A stretch of 64,000 nt of DNA, from positions 969,395-1,033,394 of the forward strand of contig OY843611.1 in the NCBI GenBank assembly GCA_963692995.1. Reading direction: 5' to 3'. Below, piece after piece: positions 8,560-19,112 of this stretch; the stretch's first letter is position 1; every line of letters starts with the position of its first letter. The stretch comes from Dehalococcoidia bacterium (GTDB lineage: Bacteria; Chloroflexota; Dehalococcoidia; Lucifugimonadales; UBA3495). The notes beneath the pieces were generated by a model. That model was not told the origin of the DNA. It worked only from the letters and a program-made list of their open reading frames with translations, and did not search any database. Both the position numbers and the translations under genes were made by a program.

Positions 8560-9279
8560 TCAGCCTTCCGCTGTAATGTCACGGAACCGGTAACCCACGT
8601 TCCAGATGGTTTCCAGGAAGAGGTGGTCGGGATCCTCCACCTTGGAGCGCAGGCGGCGGATATGCACGTCCACGGTGCGGGTTCCACCGAGATAATCGTA
8701 GCCCCAAACCTGGTTCAGCAACGCTTCCCGCGTGTACACCCGGCCGGGGTTAGAGGCCAGCAGAGTCAGCAGCTGGAACTCTTTGTAGGTTAGAGAGATG
8801 CGCCGACCCCCCATCGTCACTTCGTAACTCTGCAAGTCGATGGACAACTCGCCCACCCGAACCAGCTGCTCCCGGTTGTGCCCGTTGCGGCGATACACGA
8901 TTTGCCCCACCCTGGCGAGCAACTCGGCGGCATCCAGGGGAGCGACGATAAAATCGTCCGGATTGATGGACGGGTCATACTGGCCCAGGGCGGCAGTCTC
9001 CATCACCAGCAATGTGGGCAGCCGCAGCCGGCTCACCTGCTCGATCACCGATTGGGCGCCGATGCCCACCGCCGCCAGATCCAGCAGAACTGCGTCCAGG
9101 TTCGCAGACTGGGCGGCGTCTTCCAATTCCGTGACGTCGCTGCCGGCCCGGCAGAACAGGCCCGAAAGGTCAATCTGCTTGACCAGGGACCGCATCCCTT
9201 CCCCGGGACGCGTGAGCAAAAATACGTTGTACAACTTCCGACCTTTGCTATCAGCGATCGTCAGAATTGACGATAACAC
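8560..9279 (-). CDS. OmpR/PhoB-family winged-helix regulator with a degenerate receiver domain
   Basis: The C-terminal 'LTYKEFQLLTLLASNPGRVYTREALLNQVWGYDYLGGTRTVDVHIRRLRSKV...IWNVGYRF' is a canonical OmpR-type DNA-binding domain. The N-terminal half is receiver-like but lacks key residues. The track start is GTG; an internal TTG (LYNVFLL) is also possible. Confidence 0.8.
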   Translation of the reverse strand: MLSSILTIADSKGRKLYNVFLLTRPGEGMRSLVKQIDLSGLFCRAGSDVTELEDAAQSANLDAVLLDLAAVGIGAQSVIEQVSRLRLPTLLVMETAALGQYDPSINPDDFIVAPLDAAELLARVGQIVYRRNGHNREQLVRVGELSIDLQSYEVTMGGRRISLTYKEFQLLTLLASNPGRVYTREALLNQVWGYDYLGGTRTVDVHIRRLRSKVEDPDHLFLETIWNVGYRFRDITAEG

Positions 9280-9406
9280 ATCCGCTGTCTATCATTGCGA
9301 CCAACCGCCCAATTCTAGCACACGATAATGAAATCTAAGCCCGACGGCCCGGTTGTCCCGTGTCGCCTGTCCGGTGTCGCCGGCGCTTGCCAAGGGGAGA
9401 ACATCC

Positions 9407-10204
9407 ATGACCACTGCCACGCTGCTGCCCACGCAGCCAGCCGCAATAAGACGCCTCATCCGCGCCGGTGAATATGATGGGGTCACCGCCGGCCTGGCCA
9501 ACGGCCATGTCCAGGCTAACCTCGCCGTTCTGCCCCGCGACCTTGCTTTTGACTTTCTGTTGTTCTGCCAGCGCAACCCGCGCCCGTGTCCTCTGTTGGA
9601 AGTCATCGAGGCCGGCTCGGTGGAACCTTCCCGCACCGCTCCCGGCGCCGACATCCGCACCGACGTTCCGGCCTACCGCATCTATCAAAATGGCGCGATG
9701 GTCGATGAGGTGCAGTCCGTCGCCGACTGGTGGCGGGACGACCTGGTGTCCTTTCTGTTGGGATGCAGTTTCTCCTTCGAATCCGCCATGTCGGATGCTG
9801 GCATCCCCCTGCGCCACCAGGAGGCCGGCAGCAACGTGCCTATGTACATCACCAACATACCCACCAGTCCGGCGGGAATGTTCTCCGGCCCCATGGTAGT
9901 CAGTATGCGGCCCATCCCGCAGGAGCGGATTGTCCGCGCCGTACAGGTGACCTCCCGGTTCCCCGACACCCACGGCGCTCCGGTGCATATCGGCGATCCG
10001 GCAGCTATTGGCATCAGCGACATCGGCGCGCCCGAGTTCGGCGAGGCGGTGGAAATCCGGGCCGGCGAAACTCCGGTGTTCTGGGCCTGCGGCGTGACCC
10101 CTCAGGCCGTCGCCCTCAACTGCAAGCCGCCGCTGATGATCACCCACGCCCCCGGCAAGATGTTCATTACCGACCGGCGAGATTCCGACTACGCAGTTAT
10201 TTGA
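9407..10204 (+). CDS. DUF1445/UPF0317 putative hydro-lyase (D-glutamate-cyclase C-terminal-domain type)
   Basis: '[34 protein letters not shown]', 'LGCSFSFE', 'NVPMY.T', 'MVVSMRP', '[10 protein letters not shown]', '[10 protein letters not shown]'. Start taken at ATG 9407 with AAGGGGAGA upstream. Confidence 0.85.
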   Translation: MTTATLLPTQPAAIRRLIRAGEYDGVTAGLANGHVQANLAVLPRDLAFDFLLFCQRNPRPCPLLEVIEAGSVEPSRTAPGADIRTDVPAYRIYQNGAMVDEVQSVADWWRDDLVSFLLGCSFSFESAMSDAGIPLRHQEAGSNVPMYITNIPTSPAGMFSGPMVVSMRPIPQERIVRAVQVTSRFPDTHGAPVHIGDPAAIGISDIGAPEFGEAVEIRAGETPVFWACGVTPQAVALNCKPPLMITHAPGKMFITDRRDSDYAVI

Positions 10205-10237
10205 TCTCCGCCCCTGGTGAGCCTGTCGAACCACCGT

Positions 10238-10259
10238 GATTCCCGCTTTCGCGGGAATC
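10238..10259. repeat. GTCATTCC-family-related palindrome
   Basis: Perfect 9-bp stem 'GATTCCCGC tttc GCGGGAATC' between the DUF1445 stop and the DUF4392 start. Confidence 0.55.
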
Positions 10260-10276
10260 CAGAACCGCGAGGCGCG

Positions 10277-11152
10277 ATGTCGCAAACAATAGAAGAGATC
10301 ATCCTTGACCACGATCGGCGCGGGATCAACGCGCTGCGGCCCCACCTGCCGGCCGATTTCTGCGCGGAGGCCGCCCAATATCTGTTGGCGCATCCGGGCC
10401 CGGCAATCATCGCCACCGGGTTTTACATCCTGATGAGCGACGCGCCGGAAACCGATGGCCCGCCCGGCGCCTTCGCCATTGGCGACGCCATCCGCAGTCT
10501 GGGCCATCCCGTCGCTTACGTCGCCGACGTTCCTATGGCCGACATGATGACGGCGTGGCAAGCGCAGCGCGGCGACCCTTCGCCGGTCATTGACTATCCC
10601 ATCAGCGACGACGCCAGCGCCAACGCGGGTTTTGCCGGCGCGGTAATCGCCCAGCATTCGCCAGCCCTGCTGGTTTCCATTGAGCGGTGTTCCCCCGACG
10701 CCGACGGCATCTATCGCAATATGCGGGCGCGGGACATCTCACCGCAAACGGCCCGCATTGACCGGCTCTTCAAGCAGGGCCTGCCTTCCATCGGCATTGG
10801 CGACGGCGGCAACGAAATCGGCATGGGCAACCTCCAGGAGGTCATCGCCACCGCCGACCGGTTGCCCGACCATCCGGCGGTGGTCGGCTGCGACCAATTG
10901 ATAATCTCCAGCACCTCCAACTGGGGCGGCTACGGCCTGGTGGCGGCCCTGTCCCTGGAAGTTGGCCGGAACCTGCTGCCCGACGTGGCTACCGACGCTG
11001 AGTGCATCCGTTTCCTGGTGGATTCCGGCGCGGTCAGCGGCGTCAGCGGCGAACACGATTACCTGGTGGACGAATTCACCCTGGAGGAGAACGCCGCCGT
11101 ATTGAACGCGCTGCATGATTTGGTGAATGAACGATTGTCCAATCGCGCATAG
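10277..11152 (+). CDS. DUF4392 domain protein (D-glutamate-cyclase N-terminal-domain type)
   Basis: 'IIATGFYIL....ETDGPPGA.AIG.A', 'LVSIERCSPDADGIYRNMRARDIS', 'SIGIGDGGNEIGMGN'. Start at ATG 10277, because the 20 upstream track codons are the translation of a palindromic repeat. Confidence 0.75.
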   Translation: MSQTIEEIILDHDRRGINALRPHLPADFCAEAAQYLLAHPGPAIIATGFYILMSDAPETDGPPGAFAIGDAIRSLGHPVAYVADVPMADMMTAWQAQRGDPSPVIDYPISDDASANAGFAGAVIAQHSPALLVSIERCSPDADGIYRNMRARDISPQTARIDRLFKQGLPSIGIGDGGNEIGMGNLQEVIATADRLPDHPAVVGCDQLIISSTSNWGGYGLVAALSLEVGRNLLPDVATDAECIRFLVDSGAVSGVSGEHDYLVDEFTLEENAAVLNALHDLVNERLSNRA

Positions 11153-11165
11153 ACTGTTGACAAAC

Positions 11166-11621
11166 GTGAACAAGAAAGGAATTTTGATCGCCGCAATCGC
11201 TATGTTATCCGTGGTTAGTGTGGCGTGCGGCGCCGATACGTCGGAACCTGTTGCCCCCGTCGCCACCACAGCGCCATCACCGACTGAAGCGCCGCAAACT
11301 CCCGCGACGCAGCAACCAACGCCAATGCCAACAATGCAACCCACGGCTATACTTCAACCAACACCGACCACTGCGCCGGAGCCCAGGGCTACACCGCAGC
11401 CGGCGGTGACTGCCACATCCCGACCCACCGCGACACTAGGGCCATTACCGACCCCAACTCGACGGCCGACGGTACAACCTACGCGCGCCACTGAAAGTTA
11501 CAATTTCCGGAACTGCACTGAACTTCGAATAGCATTCCCCGACGGTGTTTCCAGTAACCACCCGGCATACCAAAAAAGAATGGACAGAGACCGGGACGGA
11601 TGGGCATGTGAACGTAGCTAG
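11166..11621 (+). CDS. Lipoprotein with Pro/Thr-rich linker and C-terminal Excalibur calcium-binding domain
   Basis: From GTG 11166 the product starts (M)NKKGILIAAIAMLSVVSVAC-G (lipobox). The C-terminal 'NCTELRIAFPDGVSSNHPAYQKRMDRDRDGWACE' matches the Excalibur pattern. An alternative ATG start at 11127 overlaps the previous gene. Confidence 0.7.
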   Translation: MNKKGILIAAIAMLSVVSVACGADTSEPVAPVATTAPSPTEAPQTPATQQPTPMPTMQPTAILQPTPTTAPEPRATPQPAVTATSRPTATLGPLPTPTRRPTVQPTRATESYNFRNCTELRIAFPDGVSSNHPAYQKRMDRDRDGWACERS

Positions 11622-11636
11622 TTAGGAGGGCGCGTT

Positions 11637-12761
11637 ATGGGGGGCTGTAGATACTGCGGCCAGAAAGCAGGGTTTCTCCGCGGCAAGCATAAGGCGTGCG
11701 AAACTATCTACCAAAGCGGCCGGCAACGGATGGTGGACCTGGTAGCCGAGGCCGCTGGCCAGCCGGGTTTCAGCGAGGCTACCTTGCTGGATAACATGTC
11801 CGCCATCGCTCGCAGTTCATTCATTGACGCTGACGGCGCGCGGGCGATCATCGCTGAAGGCTGGCATCAGGCGGTTCAGGAAGGCTTGGCCGACGGCATC
11901 TTGACCCAGGAAGAAGAGGCCCGGTTGCGGGATTTCCGCGACCGCCTCGCCATCGACGACGATCAGAACCGCGCCGGACGCGATGCCGGCGAGCAACTGG
12001 ACCGGGCATCCCGCGACCGGCTGATGCAGGATGCCCGACTGGCCGCCATCGACACCGCTGCCGGCGACAGGCGCCTGAACGAGCTGGCGGCGACGGTGGC
12101 CGAGTCGGAACTGTCGCCAACGGAACAGCGGCTCCTGCTGGCCCAGGCGTGGGCGGCGGCGGTCGAAGGTTCGCTGGAAGATGGCGTCCTTTCGCTGGAC
12201 GAAGAGAACGCCCTGATCCGCTACTTGCGCCACTTCGATCTTAGTCAACTCGAAGTTGACGTCAACGGCGGCTTTACCGATATGATCAAGTCGGCGGTTA
12301 TCCGCGAAGCGGCGGAGGGCCTGATTCCCGACCGGTTGAACCTGGACACGCGCCCTCCTTTCAATTTGATGAAATCGGAGCAGTTGGTGTGGGTGATTGA
12401 CGACGTCGGATACTACGAGGTAAAGACCAGGCGGGAACGACGCGGCGCTTCCCACGGCGTCAGTATCCGTGTCGCCAAGGGGCTGTATTACAGCCCGCGC
12501 ACCTTCCGCAGCCGGGCGGTGGAATGGGAGGAAACGGTCCACGAAGACACGGGGTTGCTGGGCGTGACCAGCAAACACATCTACTTCCATGGCTCGCGCA
12601 AGCGGTTCCGCATCCGCTACGACCGCATCGTGTCCTTCGATCCCTACGAGGACGGCATCGGCGTCATGCGCGACGCCCAAACCGCCAAACCCCAGACTTT
12701 CCGCACCGGAGACGGCTGGTTCATCTACAACCTGGTCAGCAACCTGGCGCAGCGCTGGTAG
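11637..12761 (+). CDS. Hypothetical protein: N-terminal CxxC...C knuckle, two 'DG(I/V)L(T/S)..EE..L' TerB-like repeats, C-terminal bacterial-PH-like domain
   Basis: 374 aa with AGGAGGG 7 nt upstream. Sequence: 'GGCRYCGQKAGFLRGKHKAC'; 'LADGILTQEEEARLRDF' and 'LEDGVLSLDEENALIRYL'; and 'DTGLLGVTSKHIYFHGSRKRFRIRYDRIVSFDPYEDGIGV', which is PH/GRAM-like. Confidence 0.65.
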   Translation: MGGCRYCGQKAGFLRGKHKACETIYQSGRQRMVDLVAEAAGQPGFSEATLLDNMSAIARSSFIDADGARAIIAEGWHQAVQEGLADGILTQEEEARLRDFRDRLAIDDDQNRAGRDAGEQLDRASRDRLMQDARLAAIDTAAGDRRLNELAATVAESELSPTEQRLLLAQAWAAAVEGSLEDGVLSLDEENALIRYLRHFDLSQLEVDVNGGFTDMIKSAVIREAAEGLIPDRLNLDTRPPFNLMKSEQLVWVIDDVGYYEVKTRRERRGASHGVSIRVAKGLYYSPRTFRSRAVEWEETVHEDTGLLGVTSKHIYFHGSRKRFRIRYDRIVSFDPYEDGIGVMRDAQTAKPQTFRTGDGWFIYNLVSNLAQRW

Positions 12762-12800
12762 GAACCGAGCGCGAGTGGCGGCGTCTCCGCCGGGCGGCAT

Positions 12801-12965
12801 TAGGAATTTTGTCCCCGTAGTTGCTCTTCGTTGCCCACGCTCCCACCGCAGATGCAGGTTCAAGGCGGCGCTGTACCCCTGCAACACATCATCGGTCAAC
12901 TCATCAAGCGCAATCGGTTGGTATAGGCCATCCGACAATCGGTCGCCGGCAACCAGAGTAGTTTC
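12801..12965 (-). pseudogene. Relic of the C-terminal part of a Uma2-family (DUF820) endonuclease gene
   Basis: The minus frame reads 'LVAGDRLSDGLYQPIALDELTDDVLQGYSAALNLHLRWERGQRRATTGTKFL'. This aligns by eye with the intact Uma2 at 48077-48814: 'ALAGDRLRPNGEYEPILVTTLPDGVIRGYSPVLGLELRWVAEQLRFWNPTTGEYL'. No N-terminal nuclease core remains, because uvrB ends at 13009. Confidence 0.5.
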
Positions 12966-13008
12966 CGGGCTGCCCAGATGCCGGATAAGGTGATGGGCGT
13001 TACGATCC

Positions 13009-15009
<2,001 letters not shown>

Positions 15010-15092
15010 AATTCCTCCGAACTCGGATCCACGCTAAAACGTTTGGCTTCGCCATCCCCAAGCGTAGCATTCGAGATTATAAGGCAAATCGG

Positions 15093-15680
15093 TTATCCGC
15101 CGCCCACTGCCAGCAGCGCCTGCCGTATCTTGTCTTCCACCGAAGCGTCAGCGGGCAGTTCCAGGGACGCAATAGCCTGCCGCGCGTCCGCCAGCGGCAT
15201 ACCCAGCGCGGTCAGCGCGTCCACGGCATCGGCGTCCGTCCCCGCCACGGCCACCGCGCCCGGCGCTCCGGCATCGGCATCCGGAATCTTCCCCCGCAGT
15301 TCCAGCACTACGCGCTGGGCAATACGCCGGCCCACGCCTTGCGCCCGCGCCAGCGCGGTCACGTCCTCCGCTGCCACCGCATTGCGAAAGCCGTCCTCGC
15401 CCAGTTCCGAAAGGATCGACAGGGCGGAACGCGGCCCCACACCGGACACTCCGGTCAGCGCGCCAAAGAGTTCCACCCACCCGGCATCGGGAAAACCGTA
15501 CAGCGTCGGTTGTTCGTTCTGGATCCGCAGTATAGTGTGGAGGCGAACCGGCTCCCCAACACTGCCCAGCGCGGCAATGGCGGACGCCGGCACAAACATC
15601 TGAAGCGTGATGCCGCCGACCTGTACGTTCACCCAGTCCGGGCCGACGGCCTCCAGCGCGCCGCGCACGCCGACCAGCAC
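15093..15680 (-). CDS. ruvA: Holliday junction branch-migration complex subunit RuvA
   Basis: 195 aa. '(M)LVGVRGAL....DWV.V.VGGI......P' followed by the HhH region 'LTGVSGVGPRSALSILS' and 'LARAQGVGRRIAQRVVLELR'. Confidence 0.92.
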   Translation of the reverse strand: MLVGVRGALEAVGPDWVNVQVGGITLQMFVPASAIAALGSVGEPVRLHTILRIQNEQPTLYGFPDAGWVELFGALTGVSGVGPRSALSILSELGEDGFRNAVAAEDVTALARAQGVGRRIAQRVVLELRGKIPDADAGAPGAVAVAGTDADAVDALTALGMPLADARQAIASLELPADASVEDKIRQALLAVGGG

Positions 15681-15683
15681 CGC

Positions 15684-16205
15684 TTAAAATTCCTTCCCGG
15701 GGGCAACCTCGCGGGATGCCAGGTCGGCGGTTCCTAGCTCCCTCAGGCAGCACAGCCCAACAGCCAGCGCGTCCGCCGCATCCGATTCCGGCGTTTGACG
15801 CAAGCCTAGCAGGGAAGCGGTTATCTGCTGCACCTGCTCCTTGGTGGCGCCGCCGTAGTCCGCGACCGAGCGTTTGACCGTAGCGGGAGCATAGCGATGC
15901 ACCGGCACTCCCTGGCTGGCCGCGCCAATCAGCACCACCGCCTGCGCCTGACCGATGGCCAGGGCCGACTTGGCGAAAGCCCGCTCTCCCCGGCCCATGA
16001 ACGGCTCCTCGACCGCAATGACGTGGGGCTGGAACACATGGATCATGTTCAGGATATGAGTGTGCAGTTGATACAAGCGTTTTTCAATGGGCATTGACGC
16101 CGGCAACGCGACAACGCCGTAGTCATCGGCCTCCGGTGATGGTTCCCCGTCGAGGACGCCGTAGCCCATTCGCAAGGTGCCGGGGTCGATGGCAAGGACG
16201 CGCAT
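15684..16205 (-). CDS. ruvC: Crossover junction endodeoxyribonuclease RuvC
   Basis: 173 aa. 'MRVLAIDPGTLRMGYGVL', 'VIAVEEPFMG', 'AIGQAQAVVL', 'ESDAADALAVGLC'. Confidence 0.92.
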   Translation of the reverse strand: MRVLAIDPGTLRMGYGVLDGEPSPEADDYGVVALPASMPIEKRLYQLHTHILNMIHVFQPHVIAVEEPFMGRGERAFAKSALAIGQAQAVVLIGAASQGVPVHRYAPATVKRSVADYGGATKEQVQQITASLLGLRQTPESDAADALAVGLCCLRELGTADLASREVAPGKEF

Positions 16206-16972
16206 CAGGCGGCCGACCCGTAGCGTTCCAACGCCTCAACCGAGAAATCCGCGTTGGTGTACGCTTTCTGAACGTCGGCCAATTCTTCCAAAGTATCCAG
16301 CAAGCGCAGGGTCTGCTCGGCTGCCCTATCCTCTAGTGGGATCACGGTCTTCGGAACCATGGACACGTCCGCCGAGGATGGCTGGGCGCCGGCGTTCTCC
16401 AGCGCCGATTTCACCGATAACAGGTTCTCCGGCGCGGTATAGACCTCCAGGATGCCGTCCTCGAGGTTCACGTCGTCGGCTTCGGCGTCGATGGCGGTCA
16501 TAATCAGTTCTTCGGCGACCGTTTCGTCGGCAACTTCCAGAACGATAACGCCCCGACTGTCGAAGTTCCACGCCACGCAGCCGGCTTCGCCCAGGTTCCC
16601 GCCGCCCTTGTTGAAGGCGGAACGCACTTCCGAGGCGGTGCGGTTGCGGTTGGTGGTCAGGGCTTTGACGAGGATCGCCCCGCCGTTGGGGCCATACCCC
16701 TCGTAGGTGACCTCGGACAGGTCTTCCATCCCCTCGCCGCCTTCGCCCGTAGCCCGACGGATGGCGCGGGTGATGCTGTCTTGGGGCATATTATTGGATC
16801 TGGCCTGATCTATGGCGATGCGCAGCCGGAAGTTCATATCCGGATCGCCGCCGCCTCCCTCCTTGGCCGCCAGGGATACGTTGCGCGCCAGCTTGGTGAA
16901 CAGGGCGCCTCGTTTGGCGTCGGCAGCGCCCTTTGCCCGCTTGATGGTTGACCACTTGGAATGACCCGACAT
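16205..16972 (-). CDS. yebC: YebC/PmpR-family DNA-binding transcriptional regulator
   Basis: 'MSGHSKWSTIKRAKGAADAKRGALFTKLARN...'. Start taken at ATG 16972. Its stop overlaps the ruvC start by 1 nt (TGATG), which implies an operon with ruvC-ruvA. Confidence 0.92.
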   Translation of the reverse strand: MSGHSKWSTIKRAKGAADAKRGALFTKLARNVSLAAKEGGGGDPDMNFRLRIAIDQARSNNMPQDSITRAIRRATGEGGEGMEDLSEVTYEGYGPNGGAILVKALTTNRNRTASEVRSAFNKGGGNLGEAGCVAWNFDSRGVIVLEVADETVAEELIMTAIDAEADDVNLEDGILEVYTAPENLLSVKSALENAGAQPSSADVSMVPKTVIPLEDRAAEQTLRLLDTLEELADVQKAYTNADFSVEALERYGSAA

Positions 16973-17105
16973 CTGACACCTCCTTGAACGTCCCGGCTCG
17001 GGCAATTTGCCCAAGCTGGCGTTCAGGCGGATGCTCCATGGCATCCAGAGTTTCTTATAATGGGCAGTCTGTAGATTTTAGCATCGGCCCGGCAGACGGG
17101 TCAAA

Positions 17106-18542
17106 ATGCCCGGAGCGCCGAAAATGTCCACTCTGGAAAGTTCAACTCGTCAGGCGGAAGCCATGGGCAGCGCGCCCATATGGAAGCTTCTGTTGCAGAT
17201 GGCCTTTCCTCCAATGTTCGCCATCATCGTGATGGCGCTGTACAGCATCGTTGACCGCGCCTTTGTCGGAAATGTGGTCGGGATTGACGCGTTGAGCGGC
17301 CTGTCGGCGGCGTTCCCGGTGCAGATGGCTGTGGTGGCGCTGGGATTGCTCACCGGCCTGGGCGGTATGTCGGTTGTATCGCGCGCTTTGGGGGCCCGCG
17401 ACACTCTCCAGGCATCTCGGGTCATTGGCGCGACATTGGCCATTCTCGTACCGCTATACCTGCTCGCCACTGTGGTTGGGTTGGCCCGCATTGACCAGAT
17501 GATCAGCATGATGGGCGCGTCGGCGGACACGGCGCAATACTGCCGTCAGTACCTGGTCATCATACTGCCGGGCAGCCTGTTGTCCATGCTGGCGATCAGC
17601 GCCACCAATCTGTACATGGCGGAAGGGCGACCGATCCCGGCGACGGTGGTGCTGGCCGGCAGCGCCATTGCCAATGTCCTGCTCGATGCCCTTTTCATCC
17701 TGGTTTTTGGCTGGGGCGTCACCGGAGCGGCAGTGGCCACGGTTATGGCGCAGGGTCTGGCGGTTCTGTATGCCGCCTGGTTCTACCTGTCGGGACGCAG
17801 CGCGCTGCGGGTCAACGCCAGCGCGCTGTTGCCCCGGTTGGGGTTGGTTTGGGAGGTGGTGACGCTGGGGTTGCCAATTTGCATCATCGAGGTTGCCCGC
17901 TCCATTGTGGTGGTGGTTATTAACAACATCCTCAGTCGGTACGAGGGGGGCGATGCGTATATCGCGCTGTTCGGAGTCGTCAACTCGGTGCTTGAGTTTG
18001 CCCTGGCGCCGTTCATCGGCGCGGCTCTGGCCTATCTCCCGTTGGCGGCCTACAACTACGGCGCGGGCAACTATGACCGCGTGCGCCAGGCCATCTGGCA
18101 AAGCTGCCTGGGAGCGACGGTGGCCGGCGCCATAATCGTTGCCGGGCTGATGCCGGTGGCTGGGCGAATAATTGGCCTTTTCGCAGCGGACGACGCCCTG
18201 CCTCCGGAGTCCGGCAACGCCCTCCGCGTCGTATTGCTGGCCTTGCCCATAGTTGGCATCGAGTTCATCAGCTCCATCGCGTTTCAGGCGTTGGGCCGGG
18301 CCTGGCCGTCGGTGGCGCTGACCATGGTCCAGCGGGTGATCCTGCTCCTGGCGTGGGTTTTCGCGTTGTCCCACGTGTTCGGAGTGTGGGGCGTCTGGTG
18401 GTCTTTCCCGGCGACCGACCTGGGCGCCATGCTGCTGGGCGCGGGAGCGCTGGCCCTAATCTGGCGGAAGGTGGACCGCTGGGGCGGAACCGCCCGCGCC
18501 CGCCCCTCTGCCGACTTTGACATCGCCAACGGTCGGCAGTAG
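17106..18542 (+). CDS. MATE-family efflux transporter
   Basis: 12-TM-type hydrophobic profile. N-terminus 'IWKLLLQMAFPPMFAIIVMALYSIVDRAFVGNVVG'. The start is uncertain: ATG at 17106, 17124 or 17163. Confidence 0.85.
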   Translation: MPGAPKMSTLESSTRQAEAMGSAPIWKLLLQMAFPPMFAIIVMALYSIVDRAFVGNVVGIDALSGLSAAFPVQMAVVALGLLTGLGGMSVVSRALGARDTLQASRVIGATLAILVPLYLLATVVGLARIDQMISMMGASADTAQYCRQYLVIILPGSLLSMLAISATNLYMAEGRPIPATVVLAGSAIANVLLDALFILVFGWGVTGAAVATVMAQGLAVLYAAWFYLSGRSALRVNASALLPRLGLVWEVVTLGLPICIIEVARSIVVVVINNILSRYEGGDAYIALFGVVNSVLEFALAPFIGAALAYLPLAAYNYGAGNYDRVRQAIWQSCLGATVAGAIIVAGLMPVAGRIIGLFAADDALPPESGNALRVVLLALPIVGIEFISSIAFQALGRAWPSVALTMVQRVILLLAWVFALSHVFGVWGVWWSFPATDLGAMLLGAGALALIWRKVDRWGGTARARPSADFDIANGRQ

Positions 18543-18595
18543 CATTGCGTCGAGTTATTGAGATTGATCCCCGTGCGCAATCGGAGGCCCCGACC

Positions 18596-19054
18596 ATGGC
18601 AATGAACTCGTCCGGCGTTTCTCATATCGCCGTATGCGTCCGCGATCTGGATGAATCACTAAAGTTTTACCGCGACATTCTGGGCATGACCGTAACCGTT
18701 GACCGGGTGCAGGACACCTCCACCGGCGGTTTGCCCCACGTGTACGCCCACAACCGCGCCACCCGGCGGCAGGCCGTTCTGTCCTACGGCGAAGGCGCCA
18801 TTCCCACACTGGTGATGACCAGCCATCCCGGCGACGACGCCGACGGCGGCCCCATCAAACTTGACCAGGTGGGCATCAGCCACATCTCCTTCACCGTTCC
18901 CGACGTGAAGGCCCTGGCCGATGACCTCATCGCCGCCGGCGTGGAACTGGCCGGCCCTATGGACGGCTTCACCAACGCCAACGGCGAGGTCTCCAGCATC
19001 TTCGTGTACGATCCTGACGGCATCCTGGTGCAGTTCGACAGCGGTGGAGGCTGA
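18596..19054 (+). CDS. VOC-family (glyoxalase/bleomycin-resistance/dioxygenase fold) protein, copy 1
   Basis: 'GVSHIAVCVRDLDESLKFYRDILGM...GISHISFTVPDV...VYDPDGILVQF'. Start ATG 18596 with GGAGG 9 nt upstream. Confidence 0.85.
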   Translation: MAMNSSGVSHIAVCVRDLDESLKFYRDILGMTVTVDRVQDTSTGGLPHVYAHNRATRRQAVLSYGEGAIPTLVMTSHPGDDADGGPIKLDQVGISHISFTVPDVKALADDLIAAGVELAGPMDGFTNANGEVSSIFVYDPDGILVQFDSGGG

Positions 19055-19112
19055 CGCGCCGGCGCCGGACGACGAAGGGACCCGGTATAATCCAAGTGAA
19101 GACCGGGAGGAC

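Noticed and set aside
9335-10657. 440-aa minus-strand ORF
   Set aside because: Antisense to the DUF1445 and DUF4392 genes, whose products carry strong family motifs. The composition is Arg/Gly/Ala/His-rich and featureless.
15037-15044. AAACGTTT palindrome in the uvrB leader as a possible LexA/SOS box
   Set aside because: It does not match any LexA box consensus I know (GAAC-N4-GTTC types, CTGT-N8-ACAG, RGTAC-N3-DGTWC). An 8-bp palindrome alone is too weak. The TATAAT box at 15076-15081 (minus) is the only element I would retain, and only tentatively.
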